DNA of 63,513 nt, counting the filler, from Hyphochytrium catenoides (lineage: Eukaryota; Protista; Hyphochytriomycota): the NCBI GenBank assembly GCA_900088475.1. It is 7 parts of 7 records of this genome, joined end to end, with 100 filler letters (N's around TTAATTAATTAA, not from the genome) between each part and the next. Parts side by side here need not be neighbours in the genome. Positions count along the whole stretch, not along the records: positions 42,353 to 56,797 come from FLMG01003918.1; positions 56,898 to 60,660 come from FLMG01004532.1; 5 more parts are not named here. The stretch is one strand, 5' to 3'. Position numbers and translations under genes: made by a program. Under the pieces are notes generated by a model. It had not been told where the DNA came from and made no database searches. It saw only the letters and a list, made by a program, of their open reading frames with translations. This document shows, one piece after another, positions 48,133-60,175 of this stretch; position 1 is the first letter of the stretch; the number at the start of each line of letters is the position of its first letter.

Positions 48133-51100
48133 TTAGTAAAAATAGCCTGGCTTCGGTACAGTAAAGGCAGGTTTGACAACAGGTGATGCTCTCTGGTCAT
48201 CAGCTTCATTTGAGGCCCCGTTGCTGGTTGGTAAGGAGGAGCAATTCACCGAGCCAGCCAGCGAGGGCGACTGCTGTCTCCCTGTTTGCAGCTTCCCTTC
48301 TCCCTCCCCTACAGTGGAACCTTGATCGTCCTTCCGCCTCCCCTGTTGTTGCCTTTCACGTGCATCTTCGACTTCTTTTTGATCCATGTCCCATATTTGC
48401 CATCTCTGAGTTCTGAGATCCCTGGAGCTGAGCTCTAAGCCCGTCATTCCCATAAGATACGAGTAATGAATGCCACCTTGGCCATCAACCATGTCACTAC
48501 CATACATTGCAGGCTGGATCTGTCGGTACTCTACCATCCTCTGAACACTCCCTGGTGGTAAGGCGTTCCTAAGGGCAACTCCCAGATCGCTCGTGCTGTT
48601 CCCAACAGATGACAGGAGGAGGCCATCCAATAAGAGAGAAAAAATGACAGCAAAGAGGTCCAGGTCAAGCGTTGAGCCTACAGGACCGTTCAGCATGACT
48701 GTGACGGTGCCTGTGGCAGAAAGTACTCCGACAGTCGCTGTCAAGAGTCGTCGGATCGAGTTTTTGTACCGGTCTAGGAAGAGTACCTCACTGACAGCTC
48801 TAATTCTACCGGCATGTAAGCTCTCAATGACTCCCCACATAGCCAAGAGAGTGATCAGGCAGATCCACGCAGGCGATTCAGTGGTACCGGTCAGTAAGTC
48901 CCATTCAACTTCAGCGTTGAGGCCCAGGATAGCAGAGAAGGAGCGCAAGTTACTTGCTACAGTGAGAAGAGAGGGCAGCCCATACACGACTTGGGCGGTA
49001 GTGCCGCCGGCCGCAAGAACGTCATAGCCAACATCTAGAGCCATAAGGAGGCGCTTGTCAACAGGAATTCTTCCTGGTTGCGATGCCTTGAACTCCTTCA
49101 TGACATGGCGCAGTAGGTGCAGCCGCTCCATATAGCAGACCAGCATTCTAACCCAGACAGTGAACGACAAAACGATGGAGAAGTACAGCACTGTGTTATA
49201 TTTTCCCCGCAGGAGATTCGTGTTGAGTCGGACTTTGTCTGGCTCCGTTCTCCCGCCAAGCACCCAGCTCTTCTGTGTCTTGGACAAGATGCCAATGGAC
49301 GTATCACCAATGAGGGCGGCCTTGTAGATGCGAGTAAGGCCTAGGCCCTTGAACCGCACCCCAAGCATGCATGTACTGTTCCACCATGCTTCCAGGCCAA
49401 GGTAGCTCTCTAACGCCCCAGCGGAGACGTAACCTTTGCCCATCTCCCAGTCAGTAAATATCTGGTTATGTGAGGCGTTGGTTCGATTGAGAACGTAGAC
49501 CTCATAGTACGTCTCAGGCAACCACGTTGAGAGGAATTTTTCATCAGGGCTCCTCCACTTCTTCATAACCTGAGTGAAGCCGCATCCGCCGTGTTTGTTT
49601 ATATGATAACGTCCGGGGCTGGTGTTCTGAGTAAGACCTCCAGAGACGTATCGAGTGCAGCCAGAGTCGACGTAATAAGCAACTTTAGAGTCAAGGGCCA
49701 CGTGCAAAAGAGATGTCTGTCTCTCTTGAGCAATACCCTGGAAGACTGCGGAGCAGCCGGGGTCAATGATGGAGCCCTCAGCAAAGTAGCCGTCAGAACG
49801 ATTCCACATCCTCTCCAACATCTCAGTATAGGCGTCCTGCACCTCCACTGTTTCCTTAGTTGCGGGCTGTTGCTCCTTACCTTGCGAGGTAGACTGTTCA
49901 TACTGGAGGAGCTGGCTAGGAACATCAACGAGAAAGACGAATTGCCGTCTGCCACCGAAAACATCCGTATAGCTGCCCTCAGCCACACCACCAATGTAAC
50001 TCCAGTCGTTTCTGGCAAACTCGGTTAGCTCCGCAGCGTTGTCGCATATTTGCGCCCCATTAAAGTCTCGGTTGCAATACTCTGCGTCATATCCGACGGC
50101 TGAGAGCACGACCTCAGGCCCTGCCCAAGCTTCATTATTGCAGAATGGATCGGTTACTGCGCTCGGGAGCAGAAAAGCTTCTTTGTCGAACGAGTCACCT
50201 AATCGCCGGCCGCCCTGCACCTTCAGAGACAGCTCACCCACATCCAACCCACAGCCCGTTAAAAAGTCCCAAATAATGGCATTGGCGTAGGAGTCATTAG
50301 CAAGCAACCAGCTTATGCGATCGCGGGCTCCCATAATGGTTGATAGAGTGTCTATTTCAGCGTCCCAAGCGCGCGGAAGTTTGTACTTGATACCTAGAAG
50401 CATCGCGTAACCCTGCAGAGACCGCATCATTGACACTTGGTCCACAGGCAACCCTTGTATGAGCTGTAGGAGGCGACTGGTGACCAGAGGTGCGCCGTAG
50501 GTTGACTCCCTTTCCTTCCAGAACCGATTGGCGTTCTCTGGGCTCGACATCAGCCGGTAGAGACGGTTGAGTCGCGCTACCTCCTGATCCATATTCAAAT
50601 AGGTGCTTTGATACTTCAAGCCGCGGACATAGTCACGTTGGTCGTCGGGATCACCACGAACAATGGCAGGAACGTAAGGCTTGTCGGTAGCGATGTAGAA
50701 ACCCATACGACGATAACTCTCTAACACGCGGTTCCCCAGAGCGCTCTTGTCCCAGCGCACTTCAAACCTCAAGTGACTTGGCACATTCAGTAGAGTGGCG
50801 ATCGCTCTGTTGATGGCAGTGGCAGAGGAGGGCGCGGTCGAGGAATTTGCAGGGATGGATGACATTTTCCCTTTCTTACTGGACTTCAGGAACTCAAGGG
50901 TTGCGACAGCTTCATCTCCCCAAAAGAGCTGGACTGTGCTACTCTTAGCGAAGAGCTTCCAGGTGATGTCCGGTAATGATGACGAGTTTCTTTGGGATAA
51001 GGAAGAGGTGGAAGAGACAGAAGAAGCGGCCCAGGTAGGAGCCAACCGAGGTAGCTCCAAGCTGGCTGACAGAAGGCTCTCATCTAATCGGAACAGTAAG

Positions 51101-51174
51101 AGCTGTCTCAAGGGAGAGAAAACATACCATAAAAATTGAAGTACAATCAGTAGGAGTACAAAGGTGGACTTCAT
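48133..51174 (-). CDS. Large uncharacterised intronless multipass membrane protein (about 1013 aa from MKSTF)
   Basis: Uninterrupted ORF of over 3 kb: N-terminal TM, about 640-aa Cys/N-glycosylation-site-containing ectodomain, about 5 C-terminal TMs, and a disordered tail ending KPGYFY. Confidence 0.85.
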   Translation of the reverse strand: MKSTFVLLLIVLQFLWYVFSPLRQLLLFRLDESLLSASLELPRLAPTWAASSVSSTSSLSQRNSSSLPDITWKLFAKSSTVQLFWGDEAVATLEFLKSSKKGKMSSIPANSSTAPSSATAINRAIATLLNVPSHLRFEVRWDKSALGNRVLESYRRMGFYIATDKPYVPAIVRGDPDDQRDYVRGLKYQSTYLNMDQEVARLNRLYRLMSSPENANRFWKERESTYGAPLVTSRLLQLIQGLPVDQVSMMRSLQGYAMLLGIKYKLPRAWDAEIDTLSTIMGARDRISWLLANDSYANAIIWDFLTGCGLDVGELSLKVQGGRRLGDSFDKEAFLLPSAVTDPFCNNEAWAGPEVVLSAVGYDAEYCNRDFNGAQICDNAAELTEFARNDWSYIGGVAEGSYTDVFGGRRQFVFLVDVPSQLLQYEQSTSQGKEQQPATKETVEVQDAYTEMLERMWNRSDGYFAEGSIIDPGCSAVFQGIAQERQTSLLHVALDSKVAYYVDSGCTRYVSGGLTQNTSPGRYHINKHGGCGFTQVMKKWRSPDEKFLSTWLPETYYEVYVLNRTNASHNQIFTDWEMGKGYVSAGALESYLGLEAWWNSTCMLGVRFKGLGLTRIYKAALIGDTSIGILSKTQKSWVLGGRTEPDKVRLNTNLLRGKYNTVLYFSIVLSFTVWVRMLVCYMERLHLLRHVMKEFKASQPGRIPVDKRLLMALDVGYDVLAAGGTTAQVVYGLPSLLTVASNLRSFSAILGLNAEVEWDLLTGTTESPAWICLITLLAMWGVIESLHAGRIRAVSEVLFLDRYKNSIRRLLTATVGVLSATGTVTVMLNGPVGSTLDLDLFAVIFSLLLDGLLLSSVGNSTSDLGVALRNALPPGSVQRMVEYRQIQPAMYGSDMVDGQGGIHYSYLMGMTGLELSSRDLRTQRWQIWDMDQKEVEDARERQQQGRRKDDQGSTVGEGEGKLQTGRQQSPSLAGSVNCSSLPTSNGASNEADDQRASPVVKPAFTVPKPGYFY

Positions 51175-51539
51175 CGTGTCCTTCGTGTTACTCCCAGGCG
51201 GCAGTCTTGCTCCTAATAACCAAAGGTAGGTGGTACCTCGATGGACTCTCCTCTCCGTTGTCCCTAGCTCGGTATAAACAAGAAGACAGCGGACGTGGAA
51301 GGTGCTTCTCTCCAATTGCCTAACCTTCGTCCCGTCCGCTAGGTCAATAGAGCAAAGAAAGTTCCAAACTTCTATCCCCTGCCTTGCTCATGAAGGCGGC
51401 CTCGGTCCGTCGTAAAGCTCAACCCGGGCCACAGACGAGACGGTGCGCCAACAAACCTTCGTTGTCTAGAGAGTGGGAAAAGCTAGTTGAGAAAGTGCAT
51501 CAGCACTCAAAGCTGCTAGCTGCAATCTCAGACGACAGC

Positions 51540-53190
51540 GGTGTGTTAAGATTCTCGAGGTAGGGCTGCAGCCCGACCACCACTAATGCTGGCCGAAGAA
51601 GGGATGCCTGAAGAATCCATACATTCCAGAATAGCGGAGCAAACTAGGTCTAAGTCTACGTTGCCCCTCGCCGTTGGGGACAACAAGAGAAGAGTTAAAG
51701 TAAGAGAAGCAAGGCCTTCCGCCACAAGTGGGATGAAAGGCCAAAGATCGGAGAAGAGTGAGGATGATAGGGATCAAAAAGTTGACACCTAAAGAAGGTC
51801 CAATGCAGGCGATTTGGTTCTCCCACTCCTGGTGGTTTCATTCTACTCGCTTAACATTGCATCGATGGATGGACCTGTGCAGAGACATGCAGCGCAGCGA
51901 TGAGAGGATGTGCCAGGCCATGTACCTTATAAAAGTTCTGAGTTAACAGGTTAGAGCCGCAAGGGGCAAAAGGTAGAAGAGAATCTACTTTGTATATTGC
52001 CCCCAGCCCGCCAATCTAGAGATAGGGGATGGCAAGTGAGAGAGGAAGAAGAAGGAGAAAGCCTCCACAGAAGACTTGATTTCACTGCTAACCACCACTT
52101 CTCATATGCCTTCTCACTGGTGCGAGCTAATGTTAATGGGCACAAAGAGAAGAGTTGACAGACTAGAGAGTATCAAATGGACACAGAAGAAGGGGATGTG
52201 GCGGCGGTGACGTGTCGTCGTAACCAACGATGGACGACGATGAAGAAGATTCCATAATGCCTAGGAAGTCCTTTGCTTCCTCTCTCGCCGCTCTCCAAAC
52301 CAAAGAATCCATCACAAGGGCCTAGGAAGCACCACAGATGCTACTGTCGGCGGCTTCTGCCTCCTTCGTGCTGAGCCTTGTGCGGTGGGATTATCCTCCT
52401 TGTCTTCTCTTAATAACCTACCTGTTAGTCTCCCTGCATAACTGCCACCACCTCTCCTCTTCTTCGTCTATCCAGTCCCCGCTTGTCTGACTTTTCCAGT
52501 CTCCTCATCTCTCTCACCTGTGGCATTCCCCTCACCCATCGCATTGACCTCATCGGAGGCGGCAGCCCACGACCCATGACCTATGACAGAGACATAACAA
52601 CAGATGTCTCTCCCTCAGCGCCAACAGTAATACTAGTACCGTCCAGAGCCTTCCAAATTCGTGCCTCGGGCTCAGGGACAAATTAGATTCGGTCCCGTTA
52701 AAGGAGTTGTTGAGTTGTGGATCAGCAATAAAAACGTGAAATCTGCTAAGGTTCGGTTGTCACAGGGAGGCTGGCGTTACATTCCCCCATCTCATCATCC
52801 GTTACAAACTTGCACTTCTTTGTTGGACGATCCTACCGCCCTCAGCTCCCATTCCTCCTCAGCTCACCTCTCGTTGCCTGCATATCCCCGTCAGCAGCAA
52901 CGGGTGGAACTTAGCGGAGTGGGGCAGTACGAAGGTTTGCACAGTGTTAACGACGGTGACCCTTAGTCGTGAGGGTTGTCCTCTAGATCTCTCCCATGCA
53001 GCAGGCTTTGATGGAGAGGAGATATAAGTCGCGGCAGAGGGAAAATGTACTTTGAAGTGGTCTGTTGGTGGCCGCTCTCCTCCCTGCCTGGGCACTCAAC
53101 AGCGCAGAGGAGAGCGAGGTGATGATCAGTAAAGAAAAGTAACTCTCTTCTTGTCCTCCATCATATTGATTTGCCTTAGACCGCACGGTT
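51540..53190 (-). pseudogene. Decayed multipass membrane protein gene
   Basis: One frame reads ...AFSFFFLSHL...YTK*ILFYLLPLAALTC*LRTFIRYMAW...VE*NHQEWENQIACIGPSLGVNFLIPIILTLLRSL...FSYFNSSLVVPNG...GMYGFFRHPFFGQH*WW. Upstream hydrophobic pieces (FSLLIITSLSSALL; LWTVLVLLLALR) lie in other frames. Confidence 0.5.
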
Positions 53191-53826
53191 GTTGAGGGAT
53201 CATGAGATGAGTGTGATAAGCAAACGAAGGCAAGCGTGGCTTATCCTCTCTCCTACTTCTTTGTTGGAAGGAGTCGGGTTAGATCGAGCCTCATAATGGG
53301 AGTAAAATTTGTGGCCTACTTCTGAGATATAGAGTAACACAGCAAGAAAGAGGAGATGCTAGAGTTTGCGGAGGAGGAAGGGGATCTGATGAAGCTCTCT
53401 GTAGAGATTGCTCAGCGCACGATCGAGTTAGAGCTAAAAGCTGTCGTTGGTAGACATATGTTCTTGGCGGCAGGCAGAAAAAGACCTAGGGATAATAAAT
53501 TGTACTCCCTCCTCCTGCTGCACAATGATTACTACGACGCCTTTCAGATGTCTCTCCCTTTCTTGAAAGAGCTGCCCACGCATTCTGCTGCTCTGCGGTG
53601 CTCTACTACTTCGCATCTTCACTTTCTTAGACCCAGCTAGTACAGCTCTTCTATAGGCGAGAATCAAAATAGGCGAGGATCGAAAGAGCAGCTACGAAGG
53701 TCTATAAGTCGGGGCCCAGAACAGCAACTAAGGTCTATCAGTCGCTCTGGGCTCAGAAAGAGAAAGAGCTGACATTGAGAGTAGAAAATCTCTCAACACC
53801 GACACCAGATAATCTTTAGCCAAACG

Positions 53827-56024
53827 ATGGGAAGCTATATCAACCTTGCTGGCACTGGCTGGCATGGGCCAGCCGTAGCATTGCTCGTTGTCAACACCAT
53901 AGCTATGCCCTCTCTGGCAGTACTGTTATGGAGACATCGACAGCGCTTTCCCCTGAGTTCTACCCCTTGGTTTCTAACTATCTCCACCCAGGTCGGCGCC
54001 TGTCTTTATGTATTTACTTTGCTGCAGAACATGATCTCCTCCCAGCCGATAACCTGCGGCCTGGCAATTTTTATGGCTTACTTTGGTATGTAGTAGTAGG
54101 GACTTGCTCTTTGATATGCCTTCGAGATGTTTAGTATGCTGGCACCCAGTGAACGTCCTAAGACCTTGGGAACCTCCACTTCTCTTCTCCATTCTGATCT
54201 TTAGGTCTTTCTAACATCCTAGTGCTTCCTAGCTGCGTGGTCTATCTAAGCTCTCCCATTGAGAGCCTCTTGCGGTGTGGACTAATCTTTTTGATGGATC
54301 TGCTCACTTCTTGTTGGTCTGTTGTGTCTTTGTACAGAGCTCTCACCATTCTTGGTGGGCACACTGCTGCAGCTGTTTCGCACCTGGTTTATATATAATC
54401 TGCAGCAGAGTCGTTCCAAGGGACAGCAGACGGTTTTCACCTCATTCTCGTTCCTCGTCGGGGATCGCAGTTTGAAGGTTGGTTGGGCAGCGCTATCGCT
54501 TCTATCTTTGGTACAACCCATAGTACAGTTTGCCAGCCACTCGTCAGTGCTTTCTGACCCTGTGGATGCTATTAAAGAGGATTCAGTAGACAACAATCCA
54601 GAAGAACGTAGTTGCTTGGACAGAACAGATGCTGAGGTTTGTTACGCAATGGCGTGTTTTTATGCCCTCCGCTAATCTCAATGGTTCTTTCATGCCAGTG
54701 GGTTTCCCGTCTCTTACATCTCTTTATGGCTACGTCAGCAGGGCAGATCCTGCTTACCTTGCTTTGTCAGCTCTAGTTACCTCGCTTTTTCTATGGGTTC
54801 GATCGTGTTGTTAACAACATCTGCTCAGACTCATATGTCCTTCTGATTATTAATCTCTCTTACTCCGTGTGCTGCAGCAAGCACTCCTCAAGGTCTTTTG
54901 GGGTACGCTCGTTGTCCTTAACCTCCTATTTGCCTTTCTGGCGCGGAACATAAAGGACTCCTTCAACCTAAGAGAGAATTGGCGAAACATTATATACTGG
55001 TTTGCCATTGGAGCTCCACTTAATGCCCTAGCAGCCCAGGCAGGAGAGGGTCTCGACGGAACGGTCAAAGAGAATGCCTACGCTATGGGGCAGCTTGCCT
55101 ATGTGGTTGCTCTCTTCTCTTATCTCTGGTATGCCTGTGTGAAGCCTCTTCGCACCAGCAGCCGACTATTCGCTGGGGCATCTTCTCGTTCCTCTTCTGG
55201 TTATCTAAGCGAGAACGCTACTAAGATTGAGGATGAGGAACCAGACGACTCTGCAGTCGAAGGACGAGCCGACGGCGTCGGCGACAAAGCCAAAGGCAGA
55301 AGGCGCCCAAGACCTGGAGGCACGAGGGTGAGCTCACTGCATGCTGGCAGATATATTCTAACCTTACATCATGCTACTTAAAAGGCCTACCTCTTGGTCT
55401 GGACTCCTAGACTCCTTCTATTTTTACATTTGATGCACCTCTGCTAAGGCCTTCCTCCCTCCCCTTCTTATGCACGCTCCTGTCGGCAGTCCGTCACCTC
55501 CACACAGGAGTTGCGTGAGGCGTTGCAGCAAGAGGAGACACTGACTCGCTTCAAGCAGTACCTCGTGGGAGAATTTTGCTGTGAACCTATCCTATTTATA
55601 ATCTCCTTGAGAAGACTTAGGCAGGAGGCTAGTTCGACACAAAGGTTGAAGGCAATGGATGCAATCCGCAGAGACTTCATAGCTGTTGGTAGGTCATCAG
55701 AGTTGTCCTTTGCTCTAAGATACCAACAGGAAAAACGTGGTACTGACCAATCTGCGTTGTTTGCTAGGATCTGTCACGGAGATCAACATTAAAGATAGCA
55801 TGCGGTCGAACATTATGGCGACTTCTTTGACTGACGAGAATGAAGCAGTACTCCTCACGGCGCTGGAGCAAGTTGAGGAGGAGATGCACCGGCTGTGCCT
55901 AGACCCTTACAATCGCTATGTGAAACGAGCAGAGTTGAGCGCAGGAGAGAGGCGAAGTAGGAACCGTATGTCATCGTCAGCACCTGGAGGAACGTCAAAG
56001 ATTCTTCCTTCCGCCAGCGGCTAG
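53827..56024 (+). CDS. 7TM-RGS protein (AtRGS1-like architecture), 5 exons
   Basis: Exons 53827-54085, 54338-54636, 54878-55327, 55490-55688 and 55768-56024 splice in frame with GT-AG. About 7 TMs including the IKDSFNLREN loop motif, then the RGS box FKQYLVGEFCCEPILF...IRRDFIAVGSVTEINI...DPYNRY. Confidence 0.88.
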
Positions 56025-56980
56025 AATCGTTGATCCATTGATTCGCCACAAATAATGACATCTGACTTTTAGAGAGGTCTAGCCCAAGGAATGAACAGTA
56101 CCAAGCTGGTAGAAGAAGGAGAAGCGGTAACTACTAAGTCGACCGCAAGTCACGAATAGTAGCCAATGAGAGATAGAAAGAAGATCTTCTTCAAGGGAGC
56201 TGTCAGATAGTCGCTGATCCTGGCCTCTGCCCAACACCAGGACAAGGACTTGTTGAAGTTGAAGAGTATTAAACGGTTTGGGCCAAATGTACCACGCCCC
56301 ACAAAGAAGCCAATCAATGTTATGAGACGAGCAATAAACAGCAAAACGGTGGATTAAATGAGTGCTCAGCGAGCGGCTTTTTGCCCATAGTAATAAATGG
56401 GTCAACAGTAGTAGAGCAGTAAACGGTGGTCCTTGTTTGAGATCTTCCTGCTTGCACTGGCTGATGATTATGATCGGGCTCCTCCAACTGTGGTCTTCTC
56501 CATCTTCTTTCTTTCTGCAGCACTACCTTGCAGACAACTGACGGCTATTAACCTCCTACATACAACTGCTGCGTCGCCAGAGGAGCGGGGGTATCCTCCC
56601 ATTGTCGAGTGAGAAGACGGAGGCCCTCTAAAAGACCTCTCTTCATTATTCGAAGGCGTGGTGGTGGTCTGCCTGCCTGGTGGAGCATGCAGAATAAGAA
56701 GAGAGCGGCACTGCTAAGAGCTCCAATGGGTAACGACGTAACGTGGAGAAGGAAAGGAGAACCCAGCCAGGGGGAGAGAGGGAAGGCGCTGAGGATANNN
56801 NNNNNNNNNNNNNNNNNNNNNNNNNNNNNNNNNNNNNNNNNTTAATTAATTAANNNNNNNNNNNNNNNNNNNNNNNNNNNNNNNNNNNNNNNNNNNNTGG
56901 TAGGTTTATTCCTAGGATGGTAGTGTAGAGATTTGTAGTACTTCTTTTGGATAATAAAAATAGTACTGCTTGCACCAAAC

Positions 56981-59900
56981 TTCTGATTTGGATGTAAAAC
57001 AGTTCCAGATGCACAATTATGACCTACACTAGTTGAATGAACCGTTATCACATCACACTTCTGTATGGACGCGTTTTGAGAAGAAGATACCTGCCTCTTT
57101 TTGTAGGAAAAGGCGCTGAAGGAGCAAGGAAGGACTGAAGGAGGAAGGAAGGAGAACTGGCAACATATTGAGATGATGAGATAGAAGGAGATGAAGGAGC
57201 TATGGCAGCTATGGCACCGGGGAAAGAAGGGACTTCCTACTAGGCTGGTGCCGTGCCTGCGTTGCTTGTTGCTTGCTTGTTGCCAGCTTATGATGAAAGA
57301 AGAAGGACGGTGCCTGCTGTTGATATATGTGGTGGTGCTTTATCAATCAGTCACCTCCTCTCTTTAGAAAGAGTGCAGTTATTATTAGTGGAGGCACAAT
57401 GAAGCGCAGGCTGTTAATAGAAGGAGAAAGTGACAAGGTGGAGGAAGGATGCAGAGGAGGGGGAGAAGAAGAGATAAAAGAAGAAGATGGTGACGCAGGT
57501 GAGAAGGTCAAAGAGCAGCAGAAAGCAGCAGCTGCAGAAGAAGGTGAGCGAGAGCCGACGGACAAAAAGAAGGGCAAGAGCAAACAACCCACTTCCTCCT
57601 CTGCCGCTGCAGATCGGACGAGGAAATACCGAGCTGCTCGGAGTGACGAAATGAGGGAAAAGGAGGAGCGAAAAGTAGCTATCGAGCGAAGGAAGTTTTT
57701 GAGGAATAGCCGCACGGATGAACAGAAGGAACTGGATCGGTCGTAAATCGGCAGCAGAAAAAGGAGGAGATTGCTGAGAAACAGCAGCCGCACTGATGAT
57801 GAGAAGGAGCATGATCGCAAATTGGCTTCAGGAACGAGGAAATTGCTGAGAAACAGCCGCACTGATGATGAGAAGGAGCATGATCGCAAATCGGCTGCAG
57901 AGAAGAGGAGATTGTTGAGAACAGCCGCACAGATGAGGAGAAGGGGTGTGATCGTAAATCTGATGCAGAGAGAAGGAGATGGACGAGGATCAGCCGACCG
58001 AACGGATATAGAGAAGGAGAATGGACGTATCTCTGCTGCTGAGCGACAAAAATAAATCCTGAGGGCCAGGAATCGGAGGGTAAGAAGGCAGAATATCGGT
58101 TGGCTAACACCACCGAACGAAAGGATGAGAATTAAGAGAAGCCGCCAAGAAGGGGAAGAGGTAGGGAGGAATCTTGCCGAAGGCAAAGATATAGACGAGG
58201 GGAAAGATAATACTTACTGACGACGAGGGAATGCACGGTGGGAATGCACGGTGGGAATGACGACGAGGGAATGCACGGTGGTGATAATATAGTAGACGAC
58301 GACGTTAGGGCTTTCGCGAGAAATTGGACGACGAGGAGGAAGGAACCGATTAGAAGAAGAAGACAGGCCCCTTTTACAGCCTTATTAGAAGATGTGTTGA
58401 TGAGCATTGAGGACCAGCAGCATATCTTGGCAGCTGAATGAAGAAGTCTTTTTTGTTGCCACAGATGAGCATCAAAAGCGAATTTTGGAAGCATCATGTC
58501 GCTGAAGTCCCACTATAACAATAGAACAACAACCACTATCAAGGAAAGGACTATCCAACGCAAGCAAGGACAGCGCCTACATCTATGCTACAACAGAAGA
58601 ACGGCCCCCAAAACAAAGGAATCGAGCGAAGCGGTTTGATGCCTTCCCAGCGGGAGGGCCTTGAGTCTGTTCGCTCGGTAGTAGTAAAACAGACATTTAT
58701 AATACCAAATGCTATGGCAATATGAGTTATATAACCCTCGATATAATAGTACACCCTTCGACAAATTTCTGATTTGGATGTAAAACAGTTCCAGATGCAC
58801 AATTATGAACCTGTATTGACGCCCTTTATCACTATCATCAGATACTGTATTGTACCGTTTGAGAAGAAGATACCTGCCTCTCTCTGTCTTTCTTTCTTGG
58901 AAACTGCTGAAAACGCCGCTTGTTGCTTGTTGCTTGCAGCTCATGATGAAAGAAGAAGGGTGCTGAAGCTTCCTATATAATATCGTATCTGCCTGTGTTG
59001 TATGTGGTGAATTAAAACCCAGTCACTTCCTCATTCATCACGTTAGGGAAGAAGAGAGTTGCAGTTTCCATTAATTAGTGAAGGACCAATGAAGCACAGA
59101 CTGTTATTAATAATAGAAGAAAGTGACAACGTGAAAGAGGATGCAGAGGAGGGGGATAAGAAGAGATAAAAGGAGAAGATGGTGACGCAGGCGGAAAATG
59201 AAAGGCAAGAGCAAACAACCCACTTCCTCCTCCTCTGCCGCCGCAGATCGGATGAGGAAATACCGAGCTGCTCGGAGTGATGAAATGAGGGAAAGGAGCG
59301 AAAAGTAGCTAACGAGCGAAGGAAGTTTTTGAGGAATAGCCGCACAGAATGAACAGAAGGAACTGGATCGTAAATCGGCAGCGGAAAGGAGGAGATAGCT
59401 GAGAAACAGCCGCACTGATGATGAGAAGGAGCATGATCGCAAATAGGCTGCAGAGAAGAGGATTTTGTTGAGAACAGCCGCACAGATGAGGAGAAGGAGC
59501 GTGATCGTAAATGTGATGCAGAGAGAAGGAATTTGACGAGGATCAGCCGAACGGATGTAGAGAAGGAGAATGGACGTAGTATCACTGCTGCTGAGCAAAA
59601 ACAAAAAATTCTGAGGGCCAGGAAGAAAGGAGGATGAGAATTAAGAGAAGCAGCCAACAAGGGGAAGACGTAGGGAGAGATCTTGCCGAAGGCAAGAAGA
59701 TACAGACGACGAGGGGAAAGATACTGACGACGAGGGAAACGAATGATGCACGGTGGTGATAATATAGACGTGACGACGACGTTGTTAGGGCTTTCGCGAG
59801 AAATTGGATGACGAGGAGGGAACCAATTAGAAGAAGAAGACAGGCCCCTTTTACAGCCTTAGATGTGTTGATGAGCATTGAGGAGCAGCAGCATATCTTG

Positions 59901-60175
59901 GCAGCTGAGGAAGTCGTTGTTGTCACAGATGAGCATCATCAAAGGCGAATATTGGAAGCATCATGTCGCTGAAGTCCCACTATAACAATAGAACAACTAC
60001 CACTATCAAGGAAAGGACTATCCAACGGAAGCAGCAACGACAGCGCCTACATCTAGAACTATGCTACAGAACGGCCCCAAACAAAACAAAGGAATCGAGC
60101 GAAGCGGTTTGATGCCTTCCCAGCGGGAGGGCTTTGAGTCTGTCTGTCTGTGTGTCTGTCTGTCTGTCTGTTCAC
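56981..60175 (+). mobile_element. Diverged tandem duplication (units of about 1.5-1.8 kb) of a Helitron/Helentron-like relic encoding 22-aa charged repeats
   Basis: 56981-58670 and 58767-60143 are colinear copies. Both carry 66-nt repeats encoding RTDDEKEHDRKSAAEKRRLLRNS (STPR-like) with stops and frameshifts. A hairpin is present in both, and a (GTCT)n tract follows it in the second copy. Confidence 0.55.

Noticed and set aside
51600-51720. LTLLLLSPTARGNVDLDLV resembling TVMLNGPVGSTLDLDLF of the 1060-aa protein
   Set aside because: It lies in a different frame from the longer protein-like reading; likely coincidence.
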